Shown here: positions 50,663-60,679 of the stretch, piece by piece | Numbering within the stretch: position 1 is the stretch's first letter | How the letters are laid out: every line of letters starts with the position of its first letter | NCBI GenBank assembly: GCA_963665325.3 | Contig: CAXXWS020000004.1 | Coordinates: forward strand, 64,001 to 128,000 | Length of the DNA: 64,000 nucleotides | Reading direction: 5' to 3' | Source of the DNA: Alphaproteobacteria bacterium | GTDB lineage: Bacteria > Pseudomonadota > Alphaproteobacteria > Bin95 | The notes under the pieces: generated by a model | Database searches by the model: none | What the model was told of the DNA's origin: nothing | The model's input: the letters and a program-made list of their open reading frames with translations, nothing else | Translations under genes and position numbers: made by a program

Positions 50663-50844
50663 GGATGCCTCCTCCTTCAGGGGGTTCGAATGCACCACCA
50701 CCTTGGCACATCGCGATGCCGGCGGGAGGAGGCGTCCACTCCATCATTATTCCGCCGCCGTTAACACCATGATCCCGCGCTTCATTCATGCCACCTCACG
50801 CCGCCGGCAACACCGGTATGGTTCAGTTGCGTTGCGCCAAGGCT

Positions 50845-51135
50845 TCAGACAGCGGCAATCTCGACCTCGACGCTGTGGACGCAGGTGCTCTCGCCCATGT
50901 CCGACTTGATGCTGGGGTTGAGGACATTGACGTTGGCGCGCGTGCCTTCCTGACGCGGCCAGCGGCCCTTGGGGCTGAGCGCAACGCCTTGCGGGATGGA
51001 CCCGGCAACCGCCAGCGCAAGCTCCAGGCTGCCGGTCTCGTTGCTGAGCCGCACCTGCTGCCCTTCGGTCAAGCCGCGAGCCGCCGCGTCCTCCGGATGC
51101 AGCGCCACCGTCGCTTCGCCCATGAGTTCGCCGAC
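50845..51135 (-). pseudogene. C-terminal fragment of a molybdopterin oxidoreductase (dinucleotide-binding domain)
   Basis: LHPEDAAARGL..G..VRL.N..G.......V...I..GV...KG.W......VN.L.....SDMG. No N-terminal domains present. Confidence 0.75.
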
Positions 51136-51258
51136 GCGCCGATCGTTGGCATGTCCGGCGTAGCTGCGGGTTGTGGTAGCTCGCCAGCGATGACAGTTGG
51201 GTTAGATGTATCTGGTTGTGCCGTCCGATTGTGTTGCCGGTCGTCCTGCCAGTTCCAT

Positions 51259-51470
51259 GGCAGGAGTTCGTCGCCGAAGCCGTACGGCGGTGGGTCGCCG
51301 CCGCGGGAAGCCGGAGCGCCTTCATCGAGCCGGGTTCGCCTTGGGAGAATGGCTACATCGAGAATTTCAATGCGCGGCTGTGCGACGAGTTCCTGAACGG
51401 GGAGATCTTCTACACCCTCAAGAAAGCCCAGGTTCTCGTCGAAGCCTGGCGACACCATTACAATGCCGCG
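51259..51470 (+). pseudogene. IS3-family integrase-core fragment
   Basis: EFVAEAVRRW...FIEPGSPWENGYIENFNARL.DE.LN.E.F....AQV..E.WR.HYN. Confidence 0.85.
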
Positions 51471-51485
51471 GGCCGTACCGGCCGC

Positions 51486-52280
51486 TCATGCGAGCGTCAC
51501 CTGCACCGGTGGCAGCTCCGCGAAGCGGCCTTCGAAGGTCTGGCCGGGGGCGACCTCGGTGATGCCGGTGCAGGAGCCAGTGAAGACGATCTCACCCGCG
51601 CGGAGACGGCCGCCCGCGATCGACAACGCCTCGGCCAGCCACAGGAGCGCCACAAGCGGATGCCCTAGCACTTTCGCCCCGGTTCCGCTCGCCGCCATTG
51701 CCCCATCGCACGCGGCGACGACCGATAACGCGGAGAGGTTCCGCCGTCGCCAATCGGGAATCGGGCCGCCCCGGACGACGGCGACGTTGAGACCGTAATC
51801 CGCGACCGAGCTCATCTCGTTCAGCGGAATGTCTTCCGTAACACGTCGACCGACGATCTCGAGCGCCGTGAAACAATCGGCGATCGCCGACCCCAGCTGT
51901 TCGAGAGTCACGGACTCGCCATCGGCAGGAAAGTCCCGCGCCATCTCGAAGCCGAACTCGCATTCGACGCCGAGGAGCCCGGCGGGAACCGAAAAGGTCG
52001 CTCCGCTCGCGAGCACGTGCTCCCCCAGGACCGGTGCGTGTATCGGCCCCGTACACTTCAGCAGCCTTTGCACCTCTTCGCTTGTCGACCCGATCTTGTA
52101 ACCGCAGGTCTCGCCGTCGAGCGCCGCCACAGCGGCCGCCAAGAATGCCTCCGCGTCGCCGCGATCAGCAATGGTATGCAGTGGTAGCCGCTCGACAGTA
52201 CCGCGCCGGCGGCAATCGGCGAGTCGAGCCGCCGCTGCCGGATCCGCTGACCCCACCGCCTCAGACAAGTGTCGTCGCAT
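51486..52280 (-). CDS. 2-keto-4-pentenoate hydratase-like (FAH superfamily) protein
   Basis: GYKIG.T, VECEFGF, LEIV..R, ADYG, VLGHP..AL.WL, L.AGEIV.TGS. Confidence 0.88.
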   Translation of the reverse strand: MRRHLSEAVGSADPAAAARLADCRRRGTVERLPLHTIADRGDAEAFLAAAVAALDGETCGYKIGSTSEEVQRLLKCTGPIHAPVLGEHVLASGATFSVPAGLLGVECEFGFEMARDFPADGESVTLEQLGSAIADCFTALEIVGRRVTEDIPLNEMSSVADYGLNVAVVRGGPIPDWRRRNLSALSVVAACDGAMAASGTGAKVLGHPLVALLWLAEALSIAGGRLRAGEIVFTGSCTGITEVAPGQTFEGRFAELPPVQVTLA

Positions 52281-52293
52281 GGTGCATCCTCAG

Positions 52294-53700
52294 CTACGCC
52301 GCCAAAGGCGCTAGCGCCGGCCAATCCGCGTCGGCTTGGTAGGCCTTGCCGGCCTGGAACAGCCGGCCTTCCTCCAGGTGCCGCCCGACCAGTTGAAATC
52401 CGACCGGCACGCCCGACGCATCGAGGCCGCCGGGCAGGATCAAGGCCGGGCAGCCGGTCAGGTCTTCCGGACTGGTGTATTGGACGATGCGGGGGACGCC
52501 GTCCGGTTCCGCGCACAACGCCACAAACTCGGCGGCCGTCGGCACCGGCTTGCACATGATCGGTGCGATGTAGAGGTCGACCGACGCGAACAGTGCGGCC
52601 ATAGCGCCGCTGAATTCGTGGCGCACTATGGTCGCCCGGGCATAGTCGACGCCACTCAGCGCCAGCCCGCCGTCCAGGAACTCTGCGTAGCCGGCGCTGT
52701 AGTCGCGCTTGCGCTCCGGATAGGTGGGGCCGTGGGCGAGCGCCGCCTCGACGGCACAAAGCGCGCCCCAATGGGCCACCGCCTCGCGGGTGTCCGGCAG
52801 GGTAACCGGCACGATACTCGCCCCCCGTCCTTTTAGTAGGTCGAGACCGCGGGTGATGGCCTGGAAAACCTGCGTGTCGATTCCTTCCGAGCAATACCGC
52901 TCGTCGTAACCGATCCTGAGCCCGGCGACGCCGTCATCGATCGACGCCAGGTAGTCGGGCACGGCACCGGGCAGGCTGGTCGGATCCAGCTCGTCTCGGC
53001 CGGCGATCGCGCCCAACATGGCCGCGGCGTCCTCGACGCGCCGGGTCATAGGACCGACGTGGTCCAGGGTGTCGGAGAGCGGGAACACGCCATGGCGGCT
53101 GACTCGGCCCCAGGTCGGCTTCAGGCCGATAAGGTGATTGGCATAGCACGGGAACCGGATCGATCCGCCGGTATCCGAGCCGAGCGAGCCGAAGCAGAGG
53201 CCCGCGGCCGTCGCGGCGCCGGAGCCGCTCGACGAGGCGCCGGACCAAAGCTCCGCGCCCCAGGGGTTGACCGGCGCCACTACGTCGGGATGGTGCAGTG
53301 CAAACGCGCCTTCGGTGAGCTGCAGCTTGCCGAGCAAGACGGCTCCAGCGTCCCGAAGACGCCTTACCACCGTCGAATCCGACCGGGCGACGCGGTCCTC
53401 GAAGCCGGGAAAGCCGGCCATCGTCGGTACCCCGGTGGCATCGCAAAGGTCCTTGACCGCGATCGGCACGCCATGCAAGGTGCCGCGCGAGTTGCCGGCG
53501 GCGAGCTCGCTCTCCGCCTGCTTCGCTTCGGCCAGTGCCTGATCCGCCATCATCGTGGCGTAGCTGTGGAGGACGCCGTCGAGTTCGCCGATGCGCTCCA
53601 GCATCGCTTCGGTCAGCGCCACCGAAGAGAGCTCCCCGGCGGCCAGTTTCCGCCCAGTCGCGACGAGCCCCGCCAGAGCCAACTCCGTGTGCTTTGCCAT
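52294..53700 (-). CDS. amidase-signature family amidase
   Basis: LHGVPIAVKD, GASSSGSGAA, GSDTGGSIRFP, GLKPT.GRVS. Confidence 0.95.
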   Translation of the reverse strand: MAKHTELALAGLVATGRKLAAGELSSVALTEAMLERIGELDGVLHSYATMMADQALAEAKQAESELAAGNSRGTLHGVPIAVKDLCDATGVPTMAGFPGFEDRVARSDSTVVRRLRDAGAVLLGKLQLTEGAFALHHPDVVAPVNPWGAELWSGASSSGSGAATAAGLCFGSLGSDTGGSIRFPCYANHLIGLKPTWGRVSRHGVFPLSDTLDHVGPMTRRVEDAAAMLGAIAGRDELDPTSLPGAVPDYLASIDDGVAGLRIGYDERYCSEGIDTQVFQAITRGLDLLKGRGASIVPVTLPDTREAVAHWGALCAVEAALAHGPTYPERKRDYSAGYAEFLDGGLALSGVDYARATIVRHEFSGAMAALFASVDLYIAPIMCKPVPTAAEFVALCAEPDGVPRIVQYTSPEDLTGCPALILPGGLDASGVPVGFQLVGRHLEEGRLFQAGKAYQADADWPALAPLAA

Positions 53701-53927
53701 TTCTCCCTCCCTCGCCGAACCGGCGTGCCGCGGTGCTCCCCGAAACCGAAACCTTCCCGCCAAGGCCAGGTACTGTCAATCGAAGGCCCTTGGCGGAGGC
53801 TTGTTGGCCGGCCAGCCGCTGACATTGACTCGAAATCATCGGTAAGTGTAGCATTTTGTCGCAGTTCGTGATGCACTGCGGTCGTTGCGGGCTGGGTGAG
53901 AACATCGCCCAAAGGGAGGAAAGCGGC

Positions 53928-55169
53928 ATGCAGGCAACTCTGAACAGGGGCGCGCGCGCGCTTCTTGGCGCGGCAGCGATCGCGTCGTTCATGATCGCGT
54001 CGGCGCAGGCACAGCAGGATCCGATCAAGATCGGTCTGCTGGAGGACCAAACCGGTGAGATCGCCATATTCACATTGCCCAAGGTCCGCGGGACCATCCT
54101 GGCGGTGGAGGAGATCAATGCCGCCGGCGGGATACTGGGCCGGCAGATCGAACTGATCGACTACGACCCGCAGTTCGACAACGCCAAGTTCCAGGAGTTC
54201 GCGCGCCGACTGCTGCAAAAAGACAAGGTCGACGTCTTGTTCGCCGGTGCGACCAGCGCTTCTCGGGAGGCGGTTCGGCCGATCGCCAACCGCTTCGACG
54301 CGCTCTATTTCTATACCAATCAATACGAAGGCGGCGTCTGCGACGCCAACGTCATCGCCACCGGCGCGGTGCCGGAACAACAATTCTCGCCGCTGATCCC
54401 CTGGATGATGGAACGTTTCGGCGGCCGGGTGTACACGATCGCCGCAGACTACAATTTCGGCCAGATATCGGCCGAATGGACCCGAGTGTTGGTGGAGGAA
54501 GGCGGCGGCGAGATCGTCGGCGAGGAGCTCATTCCGCTCGGGGTGTCACAGTTCGGCCAGACCATCCAGAACATGCAGAAAGCGAAGCCCGACTGGATCA
54601 TGGCTCTGACCGTCGGCGCGTCCCAGGACTCGTTCTTCGAGCAGGCGCATGCGGCCAAGCTCGGCATCCCCATGGCCAGCTCAATAAGGATCGCACTCGG
54701 CTTCGAGCACAAGCGCTTCGCGCCGCCAGCCCTGCAAAACATGTATGTAACCGCGAACTGGTACGAGGAGATCGACCGCGAGGACGCCAATGCGTTCAAG
54801 GCGCGTTGGCGCAAGCGTTGGCCGGACGAGACCTACATCAACCAGATGGGCCACAATGCCTATGCCGGCATCTACCTGTACAAGAAACTTGCGGAAACCG
54901 CCGGCACCACCGACAAGGACGCGATTCGCAAGGTCATCGCAAGCGGCGATGCGTGCATCGACGCGCCGGAGGGTCGGATGTGCGTCGACCCGAAGAGTCA
55001 GCACCTCTCGCACACAATCACGCTGCTCAGCGTCAATGAGGATCACTCGATCAAGACCCACGAGAAGTGGGACAAGATCGAGCCATACTGGCTGGCCAGC
55101 GTCGGATGCGATCTGACGGTCAAGGACCACAACGATCAATACACTCCGAGCTATCTGCCCGAGAAGTGA
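53928..55169 (+). CDS. urea/amide (UrtA/AmiC-like) ABC substrate-binding protein
   Basis: IKIG, LAVEEINAAGGILGRQIE, SASREA.RP, YEGG, GAVPEQQ, DYNFG. Confidence 0.88.
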   Translation: MQATLNRGARALLGAAAIASFMIASAQAQQDPIKIGLLEDQTGEIAIFTLPKVRGTILAVEEINAAGGILGRQIELIDYDPQFDNAKFQEFARRLLQKDKVDVLFAGATSASREAVRPIANRFDALYFYTNQYEGGVCDANVIATGAVPEQQFSPLIPWMMERFGGRVYTIAADYNFGQISAEWTRVLVEEGGGEIVGEELIPLGVSQFGQTIQNMQKAKPDWIMALTVGASQDSFFEQAHAAKLGIPMASSIRIALGFEHKRFAPPALQNMYVTANWYEEIDREDANAFKARWRKRWPDETYINQMGHNAYAGIYLYKKLAETAGTTDKDAIRKVIASGDACIDAPEGRMCVDPKSQHLSHTITLLSVNEDHSIKTHEKWDKIEPYWLASVGCDLTVKDHNDQYTPSYLPEK

Positions 55170-55265
55170 TGGCGGAGGTGAGCGGCGCGACGCGCGGCGC
55201 GATGTGGTCGCCGGCCTCCGGCGGCCACATCGCCTTGCCTTGCAGCTGATGCGGGACTGTCAGTG

Positions 55266-56138
55266 ATGGACCTCTTAGCCGAGGTCTTTTCGTTCGTCTT
55301 TCAGGCCGCCGACGTGTTCGCCTTTCTGGTGCTGGCGGCGAGCGGGCTGGCGATCATCTTCGGGATGATGGGGATAATCAACCTGGCGCACGGCGAGTTC
55401 ATCATGTGCGGGGCCTACGTGACGGTGATCACCGTTCAGACCGGCATGCCCCTGCCGGTGGCCATTCTCTGCGGCGCGCTCGCCGCAGGCCTGATCGGGA
55501 TCGCGCTGGAACGCACGATCATCCACCGCCTCTATGCAAGGCCGCTCGACTCGATTGTCGCGACCTGGGGCATCAGCCTGATCGTCACGCAAGGTACGCT
55601 GCTCGCGCTCGGATCGACCTGGCCCGGGATCGGCACACCGGCGGGTACCTTCTTGGTCGGCGAGTACACCTACGCCAGCTATCGCCTAGTGCTGATCGGC
55701 TCCGCCATCGCGGTTTTGGTGTTGATCTACTGGGTGTTCATGAAGACGCGGTATGGCGTCTTCGCCCGGGCGACGATGCAGCAGCCCGCAATGGCCCGGG
55801 CGCTCGGCGTCCGCACGCCGATGGTCTACAGCGTAACCTTCGGCATCGGTGCCGCGCTGGCGGGACTAACCGGCGGGTTGTTTGCGCCGACGATGACGCT
55901 GATACCGATGATGGGGATGACCTTTATCGTCGAGGCCTTCGTCACCGTCGTCGTCGGCGGTGCCGACGTGCTGCTCGGCACCGCGCCGGCGGCAATAGTA
56001 CTCGGTGTCATCAAGGCCGCGTTGACGGCCTGGTATGGCCAACTGTTCGGACAAATCGGCCTGCTTATCACCGTGGTGATCGTCATTCGCGTTCTGCCGG
56101 AAGGCATTACCGGTTGGCTCACCCGACGCAGGGCCTGA
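55266..56138 (+). CDS. amide/urea ABC permease (UrtB/LivH-like)
   Basis: GLAIIFGMMGIINLAHGEF. Confidence 0.92.
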   Translation: MDLLAEVFSFVFQAADVFAFLVLAASGLAIIFGMMGIINLAHGEFIMCGAYVTVITVQTGMPLPVAILCGALAAGLIGIALERTIIHRLYARPLDSIVATWGISLIVTQGTLLALGSTWPGIGTPAGTFLVGEYTYASYRLVLIGSAIAVLVLIYWVFMKTRYGVFARATMQQPAMARALGVRTPMVYSVTFGIGAALAGLTGGLFAPTMTLIPMMGMTFIVEAFVTVVVGGADVLLGTAPAAIVLGVIKAALTAWYGQLFGQIGLLITVVIVIRVLPEGITGWLTRRRA

Positions 56139-56153
56139 AGGTCCGCGTCGATC

Positions 56154-57242
56154 ATGCCGCGGTTCCTGAAGCTGCTGCACGGCGATCAGACAATCGGCCG
56201 CGGGCCGGCGTTCTGGGTCGGCTTTTGCGTTGTCCTGCTGGGGGCGCTGCTCTATCCGCTCGGTGCCGACGACTACTACGTCGGCAACACCGCTTATTTC
56301 TTCATCTGGATCTTCATGGCCCTCGGACTATCGCTAATCTGGGGCTACACCGGCATGCTGAGCTTCGGTCAGACGGCGTTCTTCGGTCTCGCCGGTTATG
56401 GCTACGGGGTAATCTCGATCAATCTCGGATCCGCCTACGGCCTGACCTTTTTCGCCCTGGTCTCTGCCGTTCTGCTGGCGGCACTGCTGGCGTTGCTGCT
56501 CGGCTATTTCATGATCTACGGGCGCATCGGCGGCGTCTTTTTCGGCATCGTGACCCTGTCTGTGACCTTCGCCTTCTCCCAGTTCCTGGCGCAGACGGCC
56601 GGCCCGCAATGGCGGATCGGCGCAGCCCGGTTAAACGGCTACAACGGCATGGGTGGTATCCTGCCGCTCAGCCTGCCCTGGTTCGGCGAGGAGATCTATA
56701 TCGAGGGCAGCATCCTCTATTACCTGCTGCTGGTGATGCTGGTCGTTTGCTACCTGGCATTGAGAATTCTGGTCAATTCCCGGTTCGGCAATGTTCTGGT
56801 GGCGATCCGCGAGAATCCCGAACGGGCCGAGATGCTGGGCTACGACATCCGAAAGTATCAGCTGGCGATCTTCGTGATCGGAGGTGCTCTGGCCGGTATC
56901 AGCGGTGCGATGTATACTTCTTGGGGTCAGTTCATCACGCCCGCCACCATGGCGCTACCGGCCGTGGCGATGCCGATCATCTGGGTCGCCGTCGGCGGCC
57001 GTAAAGACCTGACGGCGACCCTGGTCGGGACCTTTGTGCTGCTCTACGTCTTCCAGACAGTGACCGTCTACAGTCAGCAGTACGCCCTGATTTTGATGGG
57101 AGCGCTGTTGCTGCTCACCGTCCTGTTTGCGCCGTCGGGCTACGTGGTCGCGTTCGCCGAGCTGTTGCGGCGCCTGACCGGGGCGAAACCAAGGGACAAT
57201 GCGGTATCCCGGCGCGTGATACGCCGGGCCACCGATGATTGA
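56154..57242 (+). CDS. amide/urea ABC permease (UrtC/LivM-like)
   Basis: [32 protein letters not shown]. Confidence 0.92.
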   Translation: MPRFLKLLHGDQTIGRGPAFWVGFCVVLLGALLYPLGADDYYVGNTAYFFIWIFMALGLSLIWGYTGMLSFGQTAFFGLAGYGYGVISINLGSAYGLTFFALVSAVLLAALLALLLGYFMIYGRIGGVFFGIVTLSVTFAFSQFLAQTAGPQWRIGAARLNGYNGMGGILPLSLPWFGEEIYIEGSILYYLLLVMLVVCYLALRILVNSRFGNVLVAIRENPERAEMLGYDIRKYQLAIFVIGGALAGISGAMYTSWGQFITPATMALPAVAMPIIWVAVGGRKDLTATLVGTFVLLYVFQTVTVYSQQYALILMGALLLLTVLFAPSGYVVAFAELLRRLTGAKPRDNAVSRRVIRRATDD

Positions 57243-57251
57243 GGCGAGACG

Positions 57252-57974
57252 GTGGCATCGATCCTAGAAACCAGAAGCTTACAAAAACGATTCGGCGGCC
57301 TGCAGGCGGTCGCCAACGTCGACTTCGAGATCGACGACGGCGAACTGCATTGCCTGATCGGGCCGAACGGTGCCGGCAAAAGCACGTTGTTCAAGCTTAT
57401 TCTCGGTCGCTACCCGCCGACCGCCGGGACAATCCGCTTTCGCGGCGAGGATATAACCCACTTGCGTTCCTACGAGCGCGTCCGTCGTGGCATGAGCATC
57501 AAAATGCAGGTCCCGGGGATTTTCAAGGACCTGAGCGTCCGCCAGAATTTGGCGATTGCGCTGCAGGATCATTGCCGGCCGGCACGGCTCGCCGCCGAGA
57601 TCGACCGTCTGGCGGAGTTCGTCGATCTGACAGAACAGGCTTCGCAGCTCGCCGGCAATCTCTCGCACGGCCAACAGCAATGGCTCGAGATCGGTATGGC
57701 CGTCGCGATCAAGCCCTCGCTGTTGCTGCTTGACGAGCCGACTGCCGGCATGTCGCCGGAGGAGACCTTCAAGACCGGCGAGATGGTGCATCGGCTGAAC
57801 GCGGAGCGCATGACCATCCTGGTCGTCGAGCACGACATGACCTTCATCCGCCAGATGGCCCGCCGAATCACGGTCATGCATTTGGGGACAATCTTCGCGC
57901 AGGGCACGATGGACGAGATCACCCGACACGAGGGCGTCAGCCGAATCTATCTGGGGGAATCCCATGACGGCTGA
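57252..57974 (+). CDS. ABC ATP-binding protein (UrtD/LivG-like)
   Basis: [28 protein letters not shown]. Confidence 0.94.
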   Translation: MASILETRSLQKRFGGLQAVANVDFEIDDGELHCLIGPNGAGKSTLFKLILGRYPPTAGTIRFRGEDITHLRSYERVRRGMSIKMQVPGIFKDLSVRQNLAIALQDHCRPARLAAEIDRLAEFVDLTEQASQLAGNLSHGQQQWLEIGMAVAIKPSLLLLDEPTAGMSPEETFKTGEMVHRLNAERMTILVVEHDMTFIRQMARRITVMHLGTIFAQGTMDEITRHEGVSRIYLGESHDG

Positions 57975-58677
57975 GGTGTTGCTGCTGGTGACCGGCCTGG
58001 ACGCCGGCTACGACGGTTCACAGGTTCTGCAGGGCATCGACATGACCGTCAATACAGGCGAGATCGTGGCAGTGATCGGCCGGAACGGTGTCGGCAAGAC
58101 CACTCTGATGCGTAGCCTGATCGGTTTGATCCGGGGCTCCGCCGGCAGCATCGTGTTCGAGGACGTAACTATATCCGGGATGACGGCGGACGCCCGCGCG
58201 CATCTGGGCATCGGCTACATCCCGCAAGGCCGGGATGTGTTTCCGCGGATGAGTGTCGAGGAAAACCTTCAGGTCGGCGAACTCATCAACGGCAGTCGGG
58301 CCGGCAAGCTCTACGACCTCGTCTACGACCTGTTTCCGTTGCTCAAGGAGCGGCGAAACCAGCAGGCGGGAACCATGAGCGGCGGCGAACAGCAGCAACT
58401 GGTGATCGGCCGGGCATTGATCGGCAATCCGAGCCTGATGTTGCTGGACGAGCCCTCCGAGGGCATTCAGCCGTCGATCGTCGACGACATCTGTCGGGCG
58501 ATGACGACGATCAACAAGGAACTCGGCACGACCATCCTGTTCGTCGAGCAGAACCTCAACATGATCATTCGGTTGAGCCAACGCTGCTACGTGATGGAGA
58601 AGGGCCGTATCATCGCCGAGATCTCGTCCGACGATCTTCGCGAACCGGCGGTGGTACGCAGTTACCTGCAAGTGTGA
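57964..58677 (+). CDS. ABC ATP-binding protein (UrtE/LivF-like)
   Basis: GRNGVGKTT, MSGGEQQ, DEPSEGIQP. Confidence 0.94.
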   Translation: MTAEVLLLVTGLDAGYDGSQVLQGIDMTVNTGEIVAVIGRNGVGKTTLMRSLIGLIRGSAGSIVFEDVTISGMTADARAHLGIGYIPQGRDVFPRMSVEENLQVGELINGSRAGKLYDLVYDLFPLLKERRNQQAGTMSGGEQQQLVIGRALIGNPSLMLLDEPSEGIQPSIVDDICRAMTTINKELGTTILFVEQNLNMIIRLSQRCYVMEKGRIIAEISSDDLREPAVVRSYLQV

Positions 58678-58767
58678 TCGACTGCGGCGGCCCGGCCGCA
58701 TGCTTGGCCGGCGCGTAGTAGCAGGTTATATGTTTCTGAAATGTTCCATATTTCGTGAGAAGCCGCC

Positions 58768-58935
58768 ATGCGCAAGGAAGACAGCCTTCCGGCGCCGCGC
58801 GACGAAGTGCTCTTCGATATCGAGATGGCGCTCAGCAAGGAAGAGAAGCTGTGGCCGAAGCGCTACAGGCCCGGCGACCACAACCACGGTAGCCTGCTCA
58901 ACCAGCAATGCCTGCTGCACAAATTTCAAGGGTAG
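58768..58935 (+). CDS. small hypothetical protein (55 aa), possibly a truncated remnant
   Basis: Translated by hand: MRKEDSLPAPRDEVLFDIEMALSKEEKLWPKRYRPGDHNHG... The first two thirds have host-like codon usage. Confidence 0.4.
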   Translation: MRKEDSLPAPRDEVLFDIEMALSKEEKLWPKRYRPGDHNHGSLLNQQCLLHKFQG

Positions 58936-59035
58936 GCGGGACATCCCCGGGCGGGCGCTTGACTTTCTGTTGCCTGCGACCGATTATCGCACTTGTGAGC
59001 GTTGTTTGGTCCACGAAATTTGGAGGAAAGGAAAA

Positions 59036-60046
59036 ATGAAAAAGTACCATCAACGGCTTAGGGTTATTGTCGGTCTCGTCACGGGGTTGGGACTATTCGG
59101 AACGTCGCAGGCCCAACAGGTTTGGGACATGCCGTCGATCTACCCAGCGACGAGCTTCCATGTTGTCAACTCCATGACCCCGTTCGCCGAGGAGGTGAAG
59201 AAGGTCACCAACGGCGAACTCGAACTCAAGATTCAGCCGGGCGGCACGCTGGGAATCAAGGGTTCGGAGATGCTCGTCGCGATTCGCGACGGTATTGTGA
59301 AAATTGCCGACGTTTCCCTAAACCTGTCCGCCGGGCACGAGCCTCTGTTCCGGCTCGAGGGGCTTCCCAGGATCGTGAATGGCTACTCCGAACTTGCGCT
59401 TCTGGAATTGTATTTCATCCCGAAAGTGCAGGAAATTCTCGAAAAGAAATACAATCAAAAAATTCTTACCATGGTTCCCTGGCCGGCCCAGTACCTGCAC
59501 CTGAAGAACCCGGTCAGCAACCTCAGCGAATTGCGCGGCGTGAAGATCCGGTGCGGAGCAAGGTCCGAAGCTGAGTTGTTCGGCGCCGTGGGACTGGCGG
59601 CGCTGGTGCTCCCGTGGGGAGAGGTAGTACCGTCCTTGGCCGCCGGCACCATTGAAGGAGTTGTGACCTCGACCAGCTCCGGTGTTGATGGCAAGTTCTG
59701 GGAGTTCATGAAGGTTGCCTATCCCACTGGTCACGTCTGGAACTCCCAGGCCATCAGCGTCAACCTGGACGCTTGGAAGTCGCTGAAGCCGGAGCACCGT
59801 GAGGCCATTTCATCGGCTTCCCGCAGGCTTCAACCCCAGTTCTGGGAGCGGAGCAGGCAAGAGGATCTGGCGAGGTCGGAAATACTCCGGAAGAACGGCT
59901 ACACGGTCGCTACGGAACTGCCGGCGGGGCTGGCTGAAGCGCTGGATCGGGAGGCCGCGCCGCTGATCAAGGACTACATGAGCAAGACGCCGGGCGCGAA
60001 AGAGATCATCGAGCCGTATCTCAAGGTCCTCGGCAGAAAGCTGTAA
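59036..60046 (+). CDS. TRAP transporter solute-binding protein (DctP family)
   Basis: Signal peptide, F.EEVK..TNGEL......G.L, L.G.KIR, EV...L..G.I.G. GGAGG/AAGGA RBS. Confidence 0.92.
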   Translation: MKKYHQRLRVIVGLVTGLGLFGTSQAQQVWDMPSIYPATSFHVVNSMTPFAEEVKKVTNGELELKIQPGGTLGIKGSEMLVAIRDGIVKIADVSLNLSAGHEPLFRLEGLPRIVNGYSELALLELYFIPKVQEILEKKYNQKILTMVPWPAQYLHLKNPVSNLSELRGVKIRCGARSEAELFGAVGLAALVLPWGEVVPSLAAGTIEGVVTSTSSGVDGKFWEFMKVAYPTGHVWNSQAISVNLDAWKSLKPEHREAISSASRRLQPQFWERSRQEDLARSEILRKNGYTVATELPAGLAEALDREAAPLIKDYMSKTPGAKEIIEPYLKVLGRKL

Positions 60047-60145
60047 CCTCCTTCCCGTGTTGACGGGACCAGGGACCAAGGCCCGGGGGGTGTATCGCCA
60101 CTCCCCGGGATTCCTCGGCCCATTGTCCTGTTTGAAAGACATGCC

Positions 60146-60676
60146 ATGGTTTCCGTGGGCGTGAGGCGCGTCCTGGCGGTCATCGATTGGTTGTCACTGG
60201 CGGGCGCCGTGATCGCCGCCATCATGATCTTCGCCATTGCGGTCTTGATCTTGGGAGAGGTCGCCATTCGGGTATTTCGCCACACCATGCCTTTTGCCTG
60301 GGAATATGGAGGCTATCTGAATGGCGCGGTCTTTTTCCTTGCCGCCGCCTATACGATCCGCACTGGTGGCCACATCCGCGTGACCCTCGTACAGGGAAGA
60401 GTTTCTTCGACGACGAGCCGATCACTGGAAATTCTTGTCACGATTTTCGGTTTGTGCGTCGCCGGGCTACTGTCGGTTAGCTTGAGCCAATACGCCTACG
60501 AAAGCTACGTCGCCGGTGTGACCTCGGATACCATCATGGCAACTCCCCTGGTCTTTCCGAAATCGGCGCTGGCCGTGGGAGCGATCCTCCTCACCCTGCA
60601 GATGGCCGCCAGGCTGGTGCGCCTGTTGTTGGGAGATGCGCCGGATGCGGACGCGGCCGACGAACTCGGAGTCTAG
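60146..60676 (+). CDS. TRAP small permease (DctQ)
   Basis: Four TM segments, GGHIRV motif. Confidence 0.9.
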   Translation: MVSVGVRRVLAVIDWLSLAGAVIAAIMIFAIAVLILGEVAIRVFRHTMPFAWEYGGYLNGAVFFLAAAYTIRTGGHIRVTLVQGRVSSTTSRSLEILVTIFGLCVAGLLSVSLSQYAYESYVAGVTSDTIMATPLVFPKSALAVGAILLTLQMAARLVRLLLGDAPDADAADELGV

Positions 60677-60679
60677 TTC

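Larger units (their letters stand above)
49346..50745 (-). mobile_element. IS110-family element, IS1111 group
   Basis: 12-bp sub-terminal IRs GTGGACGCCTCC (49348-49359) and GGAGGCGTCCAC (50728-50739). AT core on both sides (49344-45, 50746-47). No TSD. Long non-coding region downstream of the transposase. Confidence 0.92.
49150..50766 (-). mobile_element. degenerate IS21 left-end remnant (about 49150-49345 plus 50746-50766), split by an IS110-family element
   Basis: Diverged copy of the MYGVELYAAV...RRTVKKMLSYSAPPGY segment with an internal deletion. Terminal TATTCCGCCGCCGTTAACA at 50748-50766. Confidence 0.85.
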
